Made by a program: the position numbers and the translations under genes
Part shown: piece after piece, positions 22,657 through 32,427 of the stretch
How positions within the stretch are numbered: position 1 is the stretch's first letter
Layout: each line of letters opens with the position of its first letter
From: an uncultured Clostridia bacterium
GTDB taxonomy: Bacteria; Bacillota; Clostridia; HGM11514
NCBI GenBank assembly: GCA_934464705.1
Contig: CAKSKB010000004.1
Coordinates: forward strand, 9,570 to 73,569
DNA length: 64,000 bases
Direction of reading: 5' to 3'
The notes under the pieces: generated by a model
What the model was told of the DNA's origin: nothing
The model's database searches: none
The model's input: the letters and a program-made list of their open reading frames with translations, nothing else

Positions 22657-23262
22657 TTATTTATCAACATATCTTGTATAAAGATCCTGAAATACGCCCT
22701 TCATGCGTTCGATTTCTCCGCTTATTCCCAAAAGCTCGCTCTTTTTGCTTATAATCTGCTTTTCGATTTCCGCCTTGCGTGCGTTCGCTGCCATGACAGC
22801 CTCCTCCTGGAGTTTTTTTGCGAGCATGTCCGCTTTTATAAGCACATCGGCAATTTCGGACTTATCCCTTTCGGTCTGCGCCTTAGTTTCGTCAAGCTCC
22901 GCACGGAGTTTTTCGACTTCCTTTTCGAGCCGCTCCTTATCCGGAATATAATCCGTTTCAAGCTGCGAAGAAACAGACGAAAGCTTTTTTTCAAGTTCCG
23001 CATTCTGCTCTTTCAGCTCCGAGTTTTCAGCCTTTGCCCGTGAAAGCCCTTCACCCACCTCCGATAAATCCGAAAGCCGTGTTTCAAGCTCCGCATTTTT
23101 GGCTTTAAGCTCATCGGCAACGGTTTTGTAATTGTTGATTTCGGTCTGCTTTGCGCTCAGCGCCTCATCGTACTTCTCCGAAAGATTCCTGATATAATCC
23201 ACAACGCCTTTTTTATCAAAACCTTTGAATTTTGTTTTAAATACTATCTTATTATTATCCAT
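22657..23262 (-). CDS. DivIVA-domain coiled-coil protein
   Basis: N-terminal FKTKFKGFDKKGVVDYIRNL fits the DivIVA-N motif (F..RGYD..EVD.FL), followed by a long heptad-rich coiled coil. Confidence 0.6.
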   Translation of the reverse strand: MDNNKIVFKTKFKGFDKKGVVDYIRNLSEKYDEALSAKQTEINNYKTVADELKAKNAELETRLSDLSEVGEGLSRAKAENSELKEQNAELEKKLSSVSSQLETDYIPDKERLEKEVEKLRAELDETKAQTERDKSEIADVLIKADMLAKKLQEEAVMAANARKAEIEKQIISKKSELLGISGEIERMKGVFQDLYTRYVDK

Positions 23263-23362
23263 AAAAACACCTCAAGTATATATTATCATTATATTTGAAA
23301 AAAGTCAATAATTTATCAAATTTTGTTTTACAAATCGGCAAAAATATGGTATAATTATACCT

Positions 23363-25561
23363 GTGGTGATTAATATGCTTAATAACAATCTTAACGATAT
23401 GCAAAAAGCGGCGGTTGAAACAACCGAAGGGCCGCTTCTGGTGCTTGCGGGTGCGGGCAGCGGTAAAACGACCGTTCTCGTAAACCGAATTGCACATATA
23501 ATATGCGATAAATTCACGCCCCCGTGGGCTGTTCTTGCGATAACATTTACAAATAAGGCTGCCGGCGAAATGAAGGCGAGGCTTGAAACGGTTCTCGGCG
23601 AGGAGGCAAACGATATCTGGAGCGGCACATTCCATTCGGTGTGCATGAGGATACTGCGCCGCGAAATCGAAAAGCTCGGGTATAACCGTGATTTTTCGGT
23701 GTACGATACCTCCGACCAGCTTGTGGTCATAAAGGAATGTCTTAAAGAACTTAATCTTGACGATAAGATGTTCCCGCCGAAATCCGTGCAGAATATAATC
23801 AGCCGTGCGAAGGATTCCATGACGGGGTGCGCCGAGTTTGAAAAAATGTACGCTTCGGATTTCCGCATGAGCAGAGTGTCGGGAATCTACTCTCTTTATC
23901 AGAGCAAACTGCAGGCTAATTCCGCACTGGATTTTGACGATATTATACTTCTTACGGTTAAACTTCTGACGGAATTTCCGGAAACTCTCGAGTTTTACTC
24001 GTCCAAATTCAAATACATACTGGTCGATGAGTATCAGGACACAAACCATTGTCAGTTTGAACTTGTCAGGCTGCTTTCGTCCAAGCATAAAAACATATGC
24101 GTTGTGGGCGATGACGACCAGAGCATTTATAAATTCAGGGGCGCAAACATAGAGAATATCCTGAATTTCGAGAAGATTTTCAAAAACGCAAGGGTCATAA
24201 AGCTTGAGCAGAATTACCGCTCCACAAAGAGTATTCTTGATGTTGCGAACTGCGTTATAGCCAACAATACCGAACGCAAGGACAAAGCGCTGTGGACCGC
24301 AAAGGAAGGCGGCGAAAAACCCAAGCTTTACATCGCTTCCACCGAGCACGACGAGGCATACTTTGTCGCAAACAAGATAACCGAACTCCGGCGTGACAGA
24401 CGGTATTCGGATTTTGCCGTGCTTTACAGAACAAATGCGCAGTCCCGAGTGATAGAAGCAACTTTCAGAAATAACGGAATCCCCTACAGGGTTGTCGGCG
24501 GACTGCGATTCTACGACCGCAAGGAAGTAAAGGACATCATAGCATATCTAAGGCTTGTCGCAAACCGTGCTGATAATGTGAGCCTAAAAAGAATAATAAA
24601 CGAGCCGAAGCGCTGCATAGGCGCAAAGTCTATGGAAACCGCCGAAGCACTTGCAAACCGCGAAGGAAAATCGATGTTTGAAATAGTTTCCTCCGCTGCG
24701 ATGTATGAAGATATTCCAAGGGCGGCGGCAGCGAAATTCGATGCATTTTCCAAAATGATACTTTCGTTTGAAAAAATGCAGGACAATATTATAATGCTTC
24801 TCGATTCGGTGCTTGAGGCGTCGGGGTATATCCACGCACTTGAATTGGAAAACACGGTCGAGGCACAGTCGAGAATCGAGAATATAAAAGAACTCCGAAG
24901 CGCCGTTTCGGACTATGTTTCCCAGAGCGGCGGCGAAGCGGACCTGAGCGGATTTCTGGAACAGGTTTCCCTCGTGAGCGATATTGATAATTATGATGAA
25001 TCCGAGGACGCCGTTGTGCTTATGACGCTGCACAGCGTAAAGGGACTTGAGTTTCCCGTGGTATTCCTTTGCGGAATGGAGGAAAATGTGTTCCCGAGTT
25101 TCCGCTCGGTTACCGAGCAGGGCGGAATCGAGGAAGAACGCCGCCTTTGCTATGTGGGCATAACGCGCGCAAGGGAAATACTTTTCATGTCGTGTGCGTC
25201 GCAGAGAACCCTTTTCGGCAACACAAGCTACAATAAAGAATCAAGATTTCTGGGCGAAATTGCACCCGAACTTATCGACAGGCTTGTTAAGAAGCGGCCG
25301 GAAATTCCCGAAGGCACCGCAGCAAAGCCTAAAATTACAAACGAAATGCTGTTCGGCGGAAAAATCGGAGGATTCGGCAGGCCAAAAGCCGAAATATCGA
25401 CCGATTACCGCACGGGCGAGGCGGTGGAGCACAGAAAGTTCGGCAGGGGCATTATACTTTCGGCCGTTCCTGCGGGGAATGATATGAAGCTTGAAATTGC
25501 ATTTGAAACAGTCGGCACAAAAACGCTTATGTCGTCATTTGCGCCGCTGAAAAAACTGTGA
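23363..25561 (+). CDS. pcrA: ATP-dependent DNA helicase PcrA (UvrD/Rep superfamily 1A)
   Basis: 732 aa. Walker A AGAGSGKTTVL. Helicase motifs DEYQDTN, VGDDDQSIY, QNYRST, and LMTLHSVKGLEFPVVFL (motif V/VI). Confidence 0.9.
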   Translation: MVINMLNNNLNDMQKAAVETTEGPLLVLAGAGSGKTTVLVNRIAHIICDKFTPPWAVLAITFTNKAAGEMKARLETVLGEEANDIWSGTFHSVCMRILRREIEKLGYNRDFSVYDTSDQLVVIKECLKELNLDDKMFPPKSVQNIISRAKDSMTGCAEFEKMYASDFRMSRVSGIYSLYQSKLQANSALDFDDIILLTVKLLTEFPETLEFYSSKFKYILVDEYQDTNHCQFELVRLLSSKHKNICVVGDDDQSIYKFRGANIENILNFEKIFKNARVIKLEQNYRSTKSILDVANCVIANNTERKDKALWTAKEGGEKPKLYIASTEHDEAYFVANKITELRRDRRYSDFAVLYRTNAQSRVIEATFRNNGIPYRVVGGLRFYDRKEVKDIIAYLRLVANRADNVSLKRIINEPKRCIGAKSMETAEALANREGKSMFEIVSSAAMYEDIPRAAAAKFDAFSKMILSFEKMQDNIIMLLDSVLEASGYIHALELENTVEAQSRIENIKELRSAVSDYVSQSGGEADLSGFLEQVSLVSDIDNYDESEDAVVLMTLHSVKGLEFPVVFLCGMEENVFPSFRSVTEQGGIEEERRLCYVGITRAREILFMSCASQRTLFGNTSYNKESRFLGEIAPELIDRLVKKRPEIPEGTAAKPKITNEMLFGGKIGGFGRPKAEISTDYRTGEAVEHRKFGRGIILSAVPAGNDMKLEIAFETVGTKTLMSSFAPLKKL

Positions 25562-25572
25562 GGTGACATAAA

Positions 25573-25860
25573 TTGAACGAAAAACTTCGTGACGAAAATC
25601 TCGATACACTTTTTGAAGCGTTCATGAAACTTAAAGACCGTGACGAGTTTTACTGTCTGTTTGAGGACCTTTGCACAATTTCCGAAATGAAAGCGATGGC
25701 ACAGAGATTTCAGGTTGCAAAGCTTTTGTCCGAAGGCGTGATTTATACCGAAATCGAACAGAAAACCGGCGCAAGCTCGGCAACTATAAGCCGTGTCAAC
25801 AAGTGTCTTAACTACGGTGCAAACGGCTACAGAACCGCCATAGAAAGGCTTGAAAAATGA
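25573..25860 (+). CDS. yerC: YerC/YecD family TrpR-like protein
   Basis: 95 aa; CTISEMKAMAQRFQVAKLL...TGASSATISRVNKCLNYG is the YerC/YecD signature. TTG start with GAGGTGA RBS. Gene order pcrA-yerC is conserved in Firmicutes. Confidence 0.8.
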   Translation: MNEKLRDENLDTLFEAFMKLKDRDEFYCLFEDLCTISEMKAMAQRFQVAKLLSEGVIYTEIEQKTGASSATISRVNKCLNYGANGYRTAIERLEK

Positions 25861-26597
25861 TGGACGCTTACACCGATTTTGCCAAAATATACGACGCGCT
25901 TACATTCGATGTGGATTATGACGCATGGTGCAAAAGGCTTGAACAGCTTTTTTCGCACCTCGGCAGAACTCCCGAGATTGTCTGTGAGCTTGGCTGCGGA
26001 ACCGGCAGCATAACCTCACGCCTTGCGAAGAGGGGGTATTCCATGATAGGGATTGACCTGTCCCCCGAAATGCTCGATGTAGCAAGGGAGAAATGCGAAG
26101 GCACCGGCACGCTCCTTTTGAATCAGGACATGACCGCCTTTGAACTTTACGGCACGGTTGACATAATTATCTGCACACTCGACAGCGCAAATTACCTGAC
26201 CGAGGACGGCGATTTTGAAAATATGCTTGACTGCTGCAGACTTTATCTGAACCCGGACGGCATTTTAATTTTCGATATTAATACAGAGCATAAAATAAGG
26301 GACATAATCGCCCCGCAGACATTTGTGTACGAAACAGACGATGTGTTTTACACCTGGCAGAGCGAGCTTGATGGCAATCTCTGCGATTATTTTCTCACTT
26401 TCTTCGTAAAAAACGGCGAAAATTACAGGCGGTTCGACGAGGTTCATACCGAAAGAATTTACACGGATGAATTTGTCCGCTCCGCACTATCCTCTCACGG
26501 ATTTGACATTTTCGGCTGTTTTGACGGAATAACACCCGCAAAACCGACCGAAAATACACTCAGAATAATGTACGCCGCAAAAAAGAAGTCGAACTAA
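25857..26597 (+). CDS. Class I SAM-dependent methyltransferase
   Basis: ELGCGTGSITSRLAKRGYSMIGIDLSPEMLDVAREK is SAM-binding motif I and post-I. ATGA overlap with the yerC stop. Confidence 0.8.
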   Translation: MMDAYTDFAKIYDALTFDVDYDAWCKRLEQLFSHLGRTPEIVCELGCGTGSITSRLAKRGYSMIGIDLSPEMLDVAREKCEGTGTLLLNQDMTAFELYGTVDIIICTLDSANYLTEDGDFENMLDCCRLYLNPDGILIFDINTEHKIRDIIAPQTFVYETDDVFYTWQSELDGNLCDYFLTFFVKNGENYRRFDEVHTERIYTDEFVRSALSSHGFDIFGCFDGITPAKPTENTLRIMYAAKKKSN

Positions 26598-26622
26598 GTC
26601 GTACGAATTTTCGCCAAAACTA

Positions 26623-26651
26623 TTGACATTACGGCGGATTTATGTTAAACT
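26623..26651 (+). promoter_or_regulatory. Sigma-A promoter of the cold-shock gene
   Basis: TTGACA-17 nt-TAAACT with TG at the extended -10 position. Followed by a ~60-nt structured csp 5'UTR. Confidence 0.65.
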
Positions 26652-26711
26652 GTAAATTGCAGAGGTCAATGCAGCCTACTGCACATTACAAGGTTTTAGG
26701 AGGAAATTTAA

Positions 26712-26909
26712 ATGCAGGGTAAGGTTAAATGGTTCAATGCTGAGAAAGGCTACGGCTTTATCGAAAGCGAAGATGGAACAGATGTATTTGTACACTTCTC
26801 GGCTATCAATGCTGACGGTTACAAGACTCTGGAAGAAGGCGCGGCAGTTGAGTTTGAAATTGTAGACGGAGCTAAGGGTCCTCAGGCGGCTAATGTAACA
26901 AAGGCGTAA
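26712..26909 (+). CDS. cspA: Cold-shock protein (CspA family)
   Basis: 65 aa, [30 protein letters not shown] with RNP1/RNP2 motifs. Confidence 0.95.
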   Translation: MQGKVKWFNAEKGYGFIESEDGTDVFVHFSAINADGYKTLEEGAAVEFEIVDGAKGPQAANVTKA

Positions 26910-26946
26910 GGACTGTTATAATATAGTTTCATTAATTCAAAAACCC

Positions 26947-26976
26947 GGGGCTCCCATTTTTATGGGAGCCTTTTCC
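26947..26976 (+). terminator. Rho-independent terminator after csp
   Basis: GGCTCCCA-TTTTTA-TGGGAGCC followed by TTTTCC. Confidence 0.8.
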
Positions 26977-26999
26977 ATAAAAATAATGAGGTTTACAAA

Positions 27000-27893
27000 A
27001 TGGATAAATTGATTAAGGCAATGGCTCTCGGAGGCAGCGTGCGTGCATACGCCGCCGTAACTACCGACACTGTGAATAAAGCGGTAAAAATACATAATAC
27101 ATCGGCGGTTGCGTCGGCGGCTCTCGGAAGGGCGCTGACGGCAGCGGCACTTATGGGATCGATGGCGAAGGAGGACGCCGAAACGGTTTCCCTGCAGTTC
27201 AAAGGCGGCGGCCCTATCGGAACGGTTTTTGCCGTCGGGGACAGCCGCGCCCATGTAAAGGGCTATGTTACCGACCCCACGGTTGAGCTTCCGCTTAATA
27301 AGAAGGGCAAGCTTGATGTCGGCGGAGCGGTCGGACGGCAGGGTCACCTTTGCGTAATCCGTGACGACGGTGTTACGGGAAAGCCGTATGTCGGACAGGT
27401 TCGGATTGCGACCGGCGAAATCGGCGACGATATTAACTTTTACTACGCTTCAAGCGAGCAGATACCGACAGCTTCGGGTCTCGGCGTTCTGGTGGATACC
27501 GACTACACAATAAAAGCCGCCGGCGGATTTATAATTCAGCTTCTCCCGGGGGCTGACGATTCGGTTATAGACGCAGTGGAAAAAGGACTCAAAAACATAA
27601 CATCGGTTACCGACCTTATAACGGAAGGCAAGGGCGCAGAGGAAATTCTGAAAACCGTATTTGAAGAGATTGAAATAATCGGAGAGGAAACCCCCGACTA
27701 TGTCTGCGGCTGCTCGGAGGAACGCTTTGAAAAAGGAATACTCAGCCTCGGCTCAGAGGAAATCGAAGGAATAATAAGAGATCAGGGCGATGCGGAAATT
27801 TACTGCAATTTCTGCAATAAAAGATACCTGATAAAAAAGCAGCGGCTTGAAGAACTTCTCGAAACCGCAAAGGAAAAGGAAAACAGAAACTAA
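27000..27893 (+). CDS. hslO: Redox-regulated chaperone Hsp33
   Basis: 297 aa; C-terminal zinc centre CGCS...CNFCNKRY (CxC...CxxC). Confidence 0.85.
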   Translation: MDKLIKAMALGGSVRAYAAVTTDTVNKAVKIHNTSAVASAALGRALTAAALMGSMAKEDAETVSLQFKGGGPIGTVFAVGDSRAHVKGYVTDPTVELPLNKKGKLDVGGAVGRQGHLCVIRDDGVTGKPYVGQVRIATGEIGDDINFYYASSEQIPTASGLGVLVDTDYTIKAAGGFIIQLLPGADDSVIDAVEKGLKNITSVTDLITEGKGAEEILKTVFEEIEIIGEETPDYVCGCSEERFEKGILSLGSEEIEGIIRDQGDAEIYCNFCNKRYLIKKQRLEELLETAKEKENRN

Positions 27894-27894
27894 A

Positions 27895-27940
27895 ACGAGC
27901 GCCTGCGGAAATGGATTTTTCCGCAGGCGCTCATTTTCAG
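27895..27940. terminator. Bidirectional terminator between hslO (+) and the GHL hydrolase gene (-)
   Basis: GAGCGCCTGCGGAAA..TTTCCGCAGGCGCTC 15-bp stem, with T-rich runs on both strands. Confidence 0.8.
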
Positions 27941-27941
27941 C

Positions 27942-29975
27942 TTAAAACTTTATTCTGTACATATCGAAAATTTCAAGGTTTTCGGATTTGAATTTCAAAA
28001 TATTATTCTCATAAGAAAAAGCTATTTTTTTATTCTTTACGGGAAGTTCGATTTCAAGAGGTTTGCGCTCGGTTTTAATGCAGATTGTAAAATTCCCGGG
28101 GTTTCTTGCTTTTTCGTTTTCAACCAGCTGAACCGCAGCGCATATAAGGTCAGAGCCGTCCCTGTGGATAACAATTTCAACATCATCGGGCGCATCGGAC
28201 CAAAGCGAACTTTCAAATCCGAGGACATTTTCGAGCAGCCCGATAAACACATTTCTGTAATCATAAAAGCCGATGTCCTCAAGCGGCAGCGCCGACCAAA
28301 TCACTTTTCCCATACCGTATTCCGCACAAATCACGGCGGGAATCTGCGTTTTAACACCCGGCGGATCGGAATGAATCGATGCAAACTGCGGCGAATCCTG
28401 ACGGGTATACGGAAGCGTAATATTTGCAATCACATCGGCACATTTGTCAAATTCTATTATCGGGGCGGAGGCGTCAAAGTGCATGGGATAATCGGCATTA
28501 AAAAATCCGAACAAGTCCTCATATTCTTTTCGTGGAGAAAGATAAGTAATCGTTTCCGAAGTTCTGCCGGTTACAAAAGCACCAAAAAACTCTTTGAGCA
28601 GAGTATGACAGTTTCCTCCGCTTATGTAAAGCTTTCCGCCTCGTCTTACATAATCGGTTATTCTTTCAAAATCCTCACGGTCATCCTCCGTAAGATACGG
28701 CGCAGCAATGAGTTTATATGAATCAAGTTCGTGAAATGTTCCTGTAACGCCGCAGGGAATATGTCTGCAAACCAAAGATTTTACGATATTTACGGAGCTG
28801 TTGTGATTTGTATACCCCTCTCCCTGCGGATTGAATTTACTTTTCAGACTGTAATAAACCCCGATTTCTTCAAGCATATCGCCTTTAAGATGTTTTTCGT
28901 AAGGAATTTCCTTTTCAAAAACTTTGCCGACTCTGTCGTATACACGGCTGTCCATAGTACCTGTCGGGTCGATTGCGTCAATAACAAGAGTTGCACCGTG
29001 ATGGGCAGAAGTCAAAAACGCTGCGCTTGCCATCTCGTCCTCGGATTTTGTGAGCGTATGCGAAGCAAGCGTTGGTTTACAGCGAGAAAACATATATTCA
29101 AACGGCTGATTTTTCGTTGCGTTTTTATAAAGCTTACACACGAAAGATTGTGCATAAATTCCGCCGTAAAGGTCGCCGCCCGCATAATCCGAGGCGTCAA
29201 GCACCTCCTCGGCAAGCGCCTTCTTGGCATCGGGAAGCCCGGCAAAAGCAGCATTATGATAAACGCTTGCACCCGGCACATGCTTTCTCACTTCATCTGC
29301 CGCAAATTCGGCAAATTCACCCATCCACTCACGGCGCTTTCTTATATTTAGCAGCCAGCGCTCGTCATTCCAGTCCTCATGCTTCGGAAGTTCGCCTCCG
29401 ACTTCCTCTCTCCAGCGCTTTTGGCAGCTTTCGCAGCAGCATACATGAGGCCAGAAAAGCATGTCGAAAAACATTCCGTCAAAAGTGAAGTATTCGCAGA
29501 TTTCCGCAATCTGTTTCGCCGTAAATTCTCTGTAATCCAAATTGTTCGGGCAGCAGAATTTATACCTGTTTACATGCTTTCCGCGGGCACATTCAAGTGC
29601 CGTATCACGCTTTTCCTCCGGAAAAGGAATACCGTTTTCAGTGATCATTCTCCACTCGGGGTGAGCATCATATGCCCAATTATTGTAGATAAGGCTGTAA
29701 TAACCGGTAACATTTATTCCGCTGTCTTTGCACATAGCCGCCAGCCTTTGCATCATGTTTTCCCTGCCGGTAAAAGCGGCGTGCATTTTGCCGCAGGCTG
29801 TCGGGTAATAGCATAACCCTACATGCGACTGGAAATAAAGCATGGCATTCTGAATTTTAGCCTTTTTAAGATTTTCAAGATATTTTTCCGGTGAAAAAGC
29901 GGAAAGGAACTTATCATCCCAATCATCAATGTGCATATCGCAAAGATGCCGCCGAAATACATTTTTATACCACAT
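27942..29975 (-). CDS. Putative glycoside-hydrolase-like protein (GHL-type TIM barrel N-terminus plus beta-galactosidase-trimerisation-like C-region)
   Basis: 677 aa, cytoplasmic (no signal peptide). N-terminal MHIDDWDDKFL...NAMLYFQSHVGLCYYPT pattern resembles hypothetical GH families. GGAGGG RBS. Translationally adjacent to the DeoR gene (RBS inside the DeoR 3' end). Family assignment is tentative. Confidence 0.5.
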   Translation of the reverse strand: MWYKNVFRRHLCDMHIDDWDDKFLSAFSPEKYLENLKKAKIQNAMLYFQSHVGLCYYPTACGKMHAAFTGRENMMQRLAAMCKDSGINVTGYYSLIYNNWAYDAHPEWRMITENGIPFPEEKRDTALECARGKHVNRYKFCCPNNLDYREFTAKQIAEICEYFTFDGMFFDMLFWPHVCCCESCQKRWREEVGGELPKHEDWNDERWLLNIRKRREWMGEFAEFAADEVRKHVPGASVYHNAAFAGLPDAKKALAEEVLDASDYAGGDLYGGIYAQSFVCKLYKNATKNQPFEYMFSRCKPTLASHTLTKSEDEMASAAFLTSAHHGATLVIDAIDPTGTMDSRVYDRVGKVFEKEIPYEKHLKGDMLEEIGVYYSLKSKFNPQGEGYTNHNSSVNIVKSLVCRHIPCGVTGTFHELDSYKLIAAPYLTEDDREDFERITDYVRRGGKLYISGGNCHTLLKEFFGAFVTGRTSETITYLSPRKEYEDLFGFFNADYPMHFDASAPIIEFDKCADVIANITLPYTRQDSPQFASIHSDPPGVKTQIPAVICAEYGMGKVIWSALPLEDIGFYDYRNVFIGLLENVLGFESSLWSDAPDDVEIVIHRDGSDLICAAVQLVENEKARNPGNFTICIKTERKPLEIELPVKNKKIAFSYENNILKFKSENLEIFDMYRIKF

Positions 29976-29993
29976 AATAATCCCTCCGTAAAA

Positions 29994-30707
29994 TTAAGAA
30001 TTTCTTTTTGCGTCCGAAATAACCTTGGTAATATCCTTTTCTCCGCACAGATTGTGAAAATACTTTTTTCCTATTTTATCGCTTGCACACATAAGATAAG
30101 CACTCTCCGAATGTTCAATCATGCAGCGGCGGACATAGTTTTCCGCTTCGGAAATATCCGTAAGCTCACCCTTGTCCGACAGCCCCCTGCACGAAAAGAA
30201 CACAGCATTCGCATTAAATCTTATTATGGTCTTGTACGCCTCCTCGCCCACAAGCGACAAGCTCTCCGGCAAAAGCTCGCCCCCGGTGCTTATCGCCCTG
30301 ATTCCGTATTCGCCAAGCTTTGAAAGCGCTTTTATACCGCTCGTTATCACCGTAAGTCCCGTTTTTGCGGCAAGAAACGGCACAAGATTATAAGCGCTTG
30401 ATGAAGCATCGAGAAAAATCACATCATAATCATTTATAAAGTTTATTGCCTGCTTTGCCATTTCAATCTTGGCATCACTCTGTTCCAGTTCCCTTATAAC
30501 AAACGGAATTTTCATGGCGGAAAAGCTGTTTTCCTCAATTACAGCACCGCCGTGAATACGCTTTATCAGCTGCTGTTTTTCTAAGTTTGCAAGGTCTCGC
30601 CTTACGGACGATTCGCTTGTAAAAAGTACTTTTGCAAGTTCATTCACGGTAACCTTTTTCTTCACAAGCATTATTTTCAGTATTTCTTTTTCACGGTCTT
30701 TGCTCAT
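29994..30707 (-). CDS. DeoR/GlpR-family transcriptional repressor
   Basis: N-terminal HTH VTVNELAKVLFTSESSVRRDLANLE plus a C-terminal DeoR sugar-phosphate-binding domain. Start at the internal ATG (MSKDREKE) with GGAGG. Confidence 0.85.
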   Translation of the reverse strand: MSKDREKEILKIMLVKKKVTVNELAKVLFTSESSVRRDLANLEKQQLIKRIHGGAVIEENSFSAMKIPFVIRELEQSDAKIEMAKQAINFINDYDVIFLDASSSAYNLVPFLAAKTGLTVITSGIKALSKLGEYGIRAISTGGELLPESLSLVGEEAYKTIIRFNANAVFFSCRGLSDKGELTDISEAENYVRRCMIEHSESAYLMCASDKIGKKYFHNLCGEKDITKVISDAKRNS

Positions 30708-30773
30708 ATTTCCTCCAATTTTACAGCATTTCAATCAATTTTATGCATATTTAAGCGTTTTGCGCGGCGAATC

Positions 30774-30802
30774 TTGACTTAATGCGCAATATAGTATATT
30801 AT
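30774..30802 (+). promoter_or_regulatory. Sigma-A promoter of the GDPD-PHP operon
   Basis: TTGACT-17 nt-TATTAT in the divergent region shared with the DeoR gene. Confidence 0.6.
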
Positions 30803-30844
30803 ACAATTAATTAATAATAATGTCAACCTTAAGAGGCGATAATT

Positions 30845-32425
30845 TTGAAAAATATCAGATTACAGGCACACCGGGGCGTTGCAAGCGAGTGCCCCGAAAA
30901 CACAATGGCGGCATTCAGATGCGCCGCCGTTCAGGGGTACGATGTTATCGAACTTGATTTGGACTTCACAAAGGACAAAAAAATTGTGGTTCTGCATGAC
31001 AGGCTGATAAACCGCACTGCAAGAACCAAAAGCGGAAGCGAACTCAAAGCACCCGTAAGCATTAACGGTATAACATATCGGCAGGCGCTTAAATACGATT
31101 TCGGAATCCATCTTTCAAACAAATTCAAAGGCGAACCGATTCCGCTCTTTTCCGATGTTCTTATTTTTGCAAAAGAAAGCGGAATTAAGCTTAAAATCGA
31201 CAATAAAATCCAAAGCTTTCCGAAGGAAATTCTGAAAAGTCTTTTATCGGAGATAAAAGACTTTGAAGATTTTGTTTCAATAACGGCAAGCGATATTGAT
31301 TTTGCCGCAGACTGCATTAAAACCGCACCGGAGATTTCCGTAGACTATGACGGTGCGGTAACCGCCGAAAACCTGTCGAAACTTTCTGCGGCTGTTCCAA
31401 AAGAGCGGCTCACCGTATGGCTGCCGCTTGAGTGCGGCTCCACATCATGGGTCAGCCTGCCGTTTGCAGATAAAAGCAGTGCGGCACTTGTTAAAAAGTA
31501 CGCTAAGCTCGGCATTTGGCTGATAACAAACTATGAAGATTTTGAGAAGGCCGCAGCCCTGTCCCCCGATATCGTCGAAACCGACGGTACGGTTAAACCC
31601 GAAATCAACAAAAACCAAAAGTGGGATATGCATACTCACTCCGAAAACTCGCACGATTCAAAATGCCCCGCGCCGGATATGCTAAAAGCAGCAAAGGCGC
31701 ACGGGCTTAGCGGATTTGCGGTAACCGACCACTGCGATATTGCGTACCACAGAAAGCTTGATTTGCCAAAGCTTGTCGCCTCCTCCGTATCTGACGCAGG
31801 AAATTCCGGTGCATTGAAGGGAATAGAAATCGGCGAAGCGTTTTATCACAGGCGTATTTCGGATAATATTTTAAAAAGCTTTGATTTTGATGCCGTCATC
31901 GGTTCTGTTCATACGGTGAGGTTCAAAGGCTATGAAATCCCGTATTCGCAGATTAACTTTTCCGAAATGGGACTGTGTACAACGAAAAAATTTCTTGAAC
32001 AGTACTTTGACGATGTAATCTGCATGATTGAAAATTGCGATTTTGATATACTCGCCCACCTCACCTGTCCGCTGAGATACATAATCGGCAAATACGGCAT
32101 GTGGATAGACTGCAAAGATTACGAAAGCAAGATAAAAAAGATTCTCGGGCTTATTGTAAAACGCAAAATTGCGCTTGAAATCAACACATCGTGTATGTAC
32201 GAAGGTTTTGGTTACCGCGAGCTTATGCCGGAATCCCGTATAATAAAAATGTATGCCGATATGGGCGGATATCTGATAACAACGGGGTCGGATGCACACA
32301 ATGCCGAAAACTCGGCGCTGTATTTCAATGAGCTTTACGGAAGGCTAAAAAAAGAGTTCGGATTCAGAAATATATATTATTACAAAAACAGATTTGCCGT
32401 GCAGTGCGGATTAACGGAGGAATAA
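30845..32425 (+). CDS. Fusion protein: glycerophosphodiester phosphodiesterase (GDPD) domain plus PHP-family phosphoesterase domain
   Basis: N-terminal HRGVASECPENTMAAFRCAAVQGYDVIELDLDFTKDKKIVVLHD is the GDPD catalytic His/Arg and E-D motif. From ~residue 260, MHTHSENSHDSKCPAPDMLKAAKAHGLSGFAVTDHCD and later GSDAHN are PHP/HisJ motifs. TTG start with AAGAGG RBS. Confidence 0.75.
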   Translation: MKNIRLQAHRGVASECPENTMAAFRCAAVQGYDVIELDLDFTKDKKIVVLHDRLINRTARTKSGSELKAPVSINGITYRQALKYDFGIHLSNKFKGEPIPLFSDVLIFAKESGIKLKIDNKIQSFPKEILKSLLSEIKDFEDFVSITASDIDFAADCIKTAPEISVDYDGAVTAENLSKLSAAVPKERLTVWLPLECGSTSWVSLPFADKSSAALVKKYAKLGIWLITNYEDFEKAAALSPDIVETDGTVKPEINKNQKWDMHTHSENSHDSKCPAPDMLKAAKAHGLSGFAVTDHCDIAYHRKLDLPKLVASSVSDAGNSGALKGIEIGEAFYHRRISDNILKSFDFDAVIGSVHTVRFKGYEIPYSQINFSEMGLCTTKKFLEQYFDDVICMIENCDFDILAHLTCPLRYIIGKYGMWIDCKDYESKIKKILGLIVKRKIALEINTSCMYEGFGYRELMPESRIIKMYADMGGYLITTGSDAHNAENSALYFNELYGRLKKEFGFRNIYYYKNRFAVQCGLTEE

Positions 32426-32427
32426 AT

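Noticed and set aside
23255-24349. 364-aa minus-strand ORF, plus nested 23305-23868 and 24511-25033 ORFs
   Set aside because: Entirely antisense to pcrA, whose product has every SF1 helicase motif. The antisense products are Cys/Arg/Phe-rich low-complexity sequence with no start context.
28164-30323. Chain of plus-strand ORFs (185, 206, 138, 145, 130 aa) opposite the 677-aa GHL gene and the DeoR gene
   Set aside because: The minus-strand products are coherent: one long domain-bearing ORF with a good RBS and a canonical DeoR HTH. The plus-strand ORFs are Arg/Cys/Phe-rich and lack RBSs.
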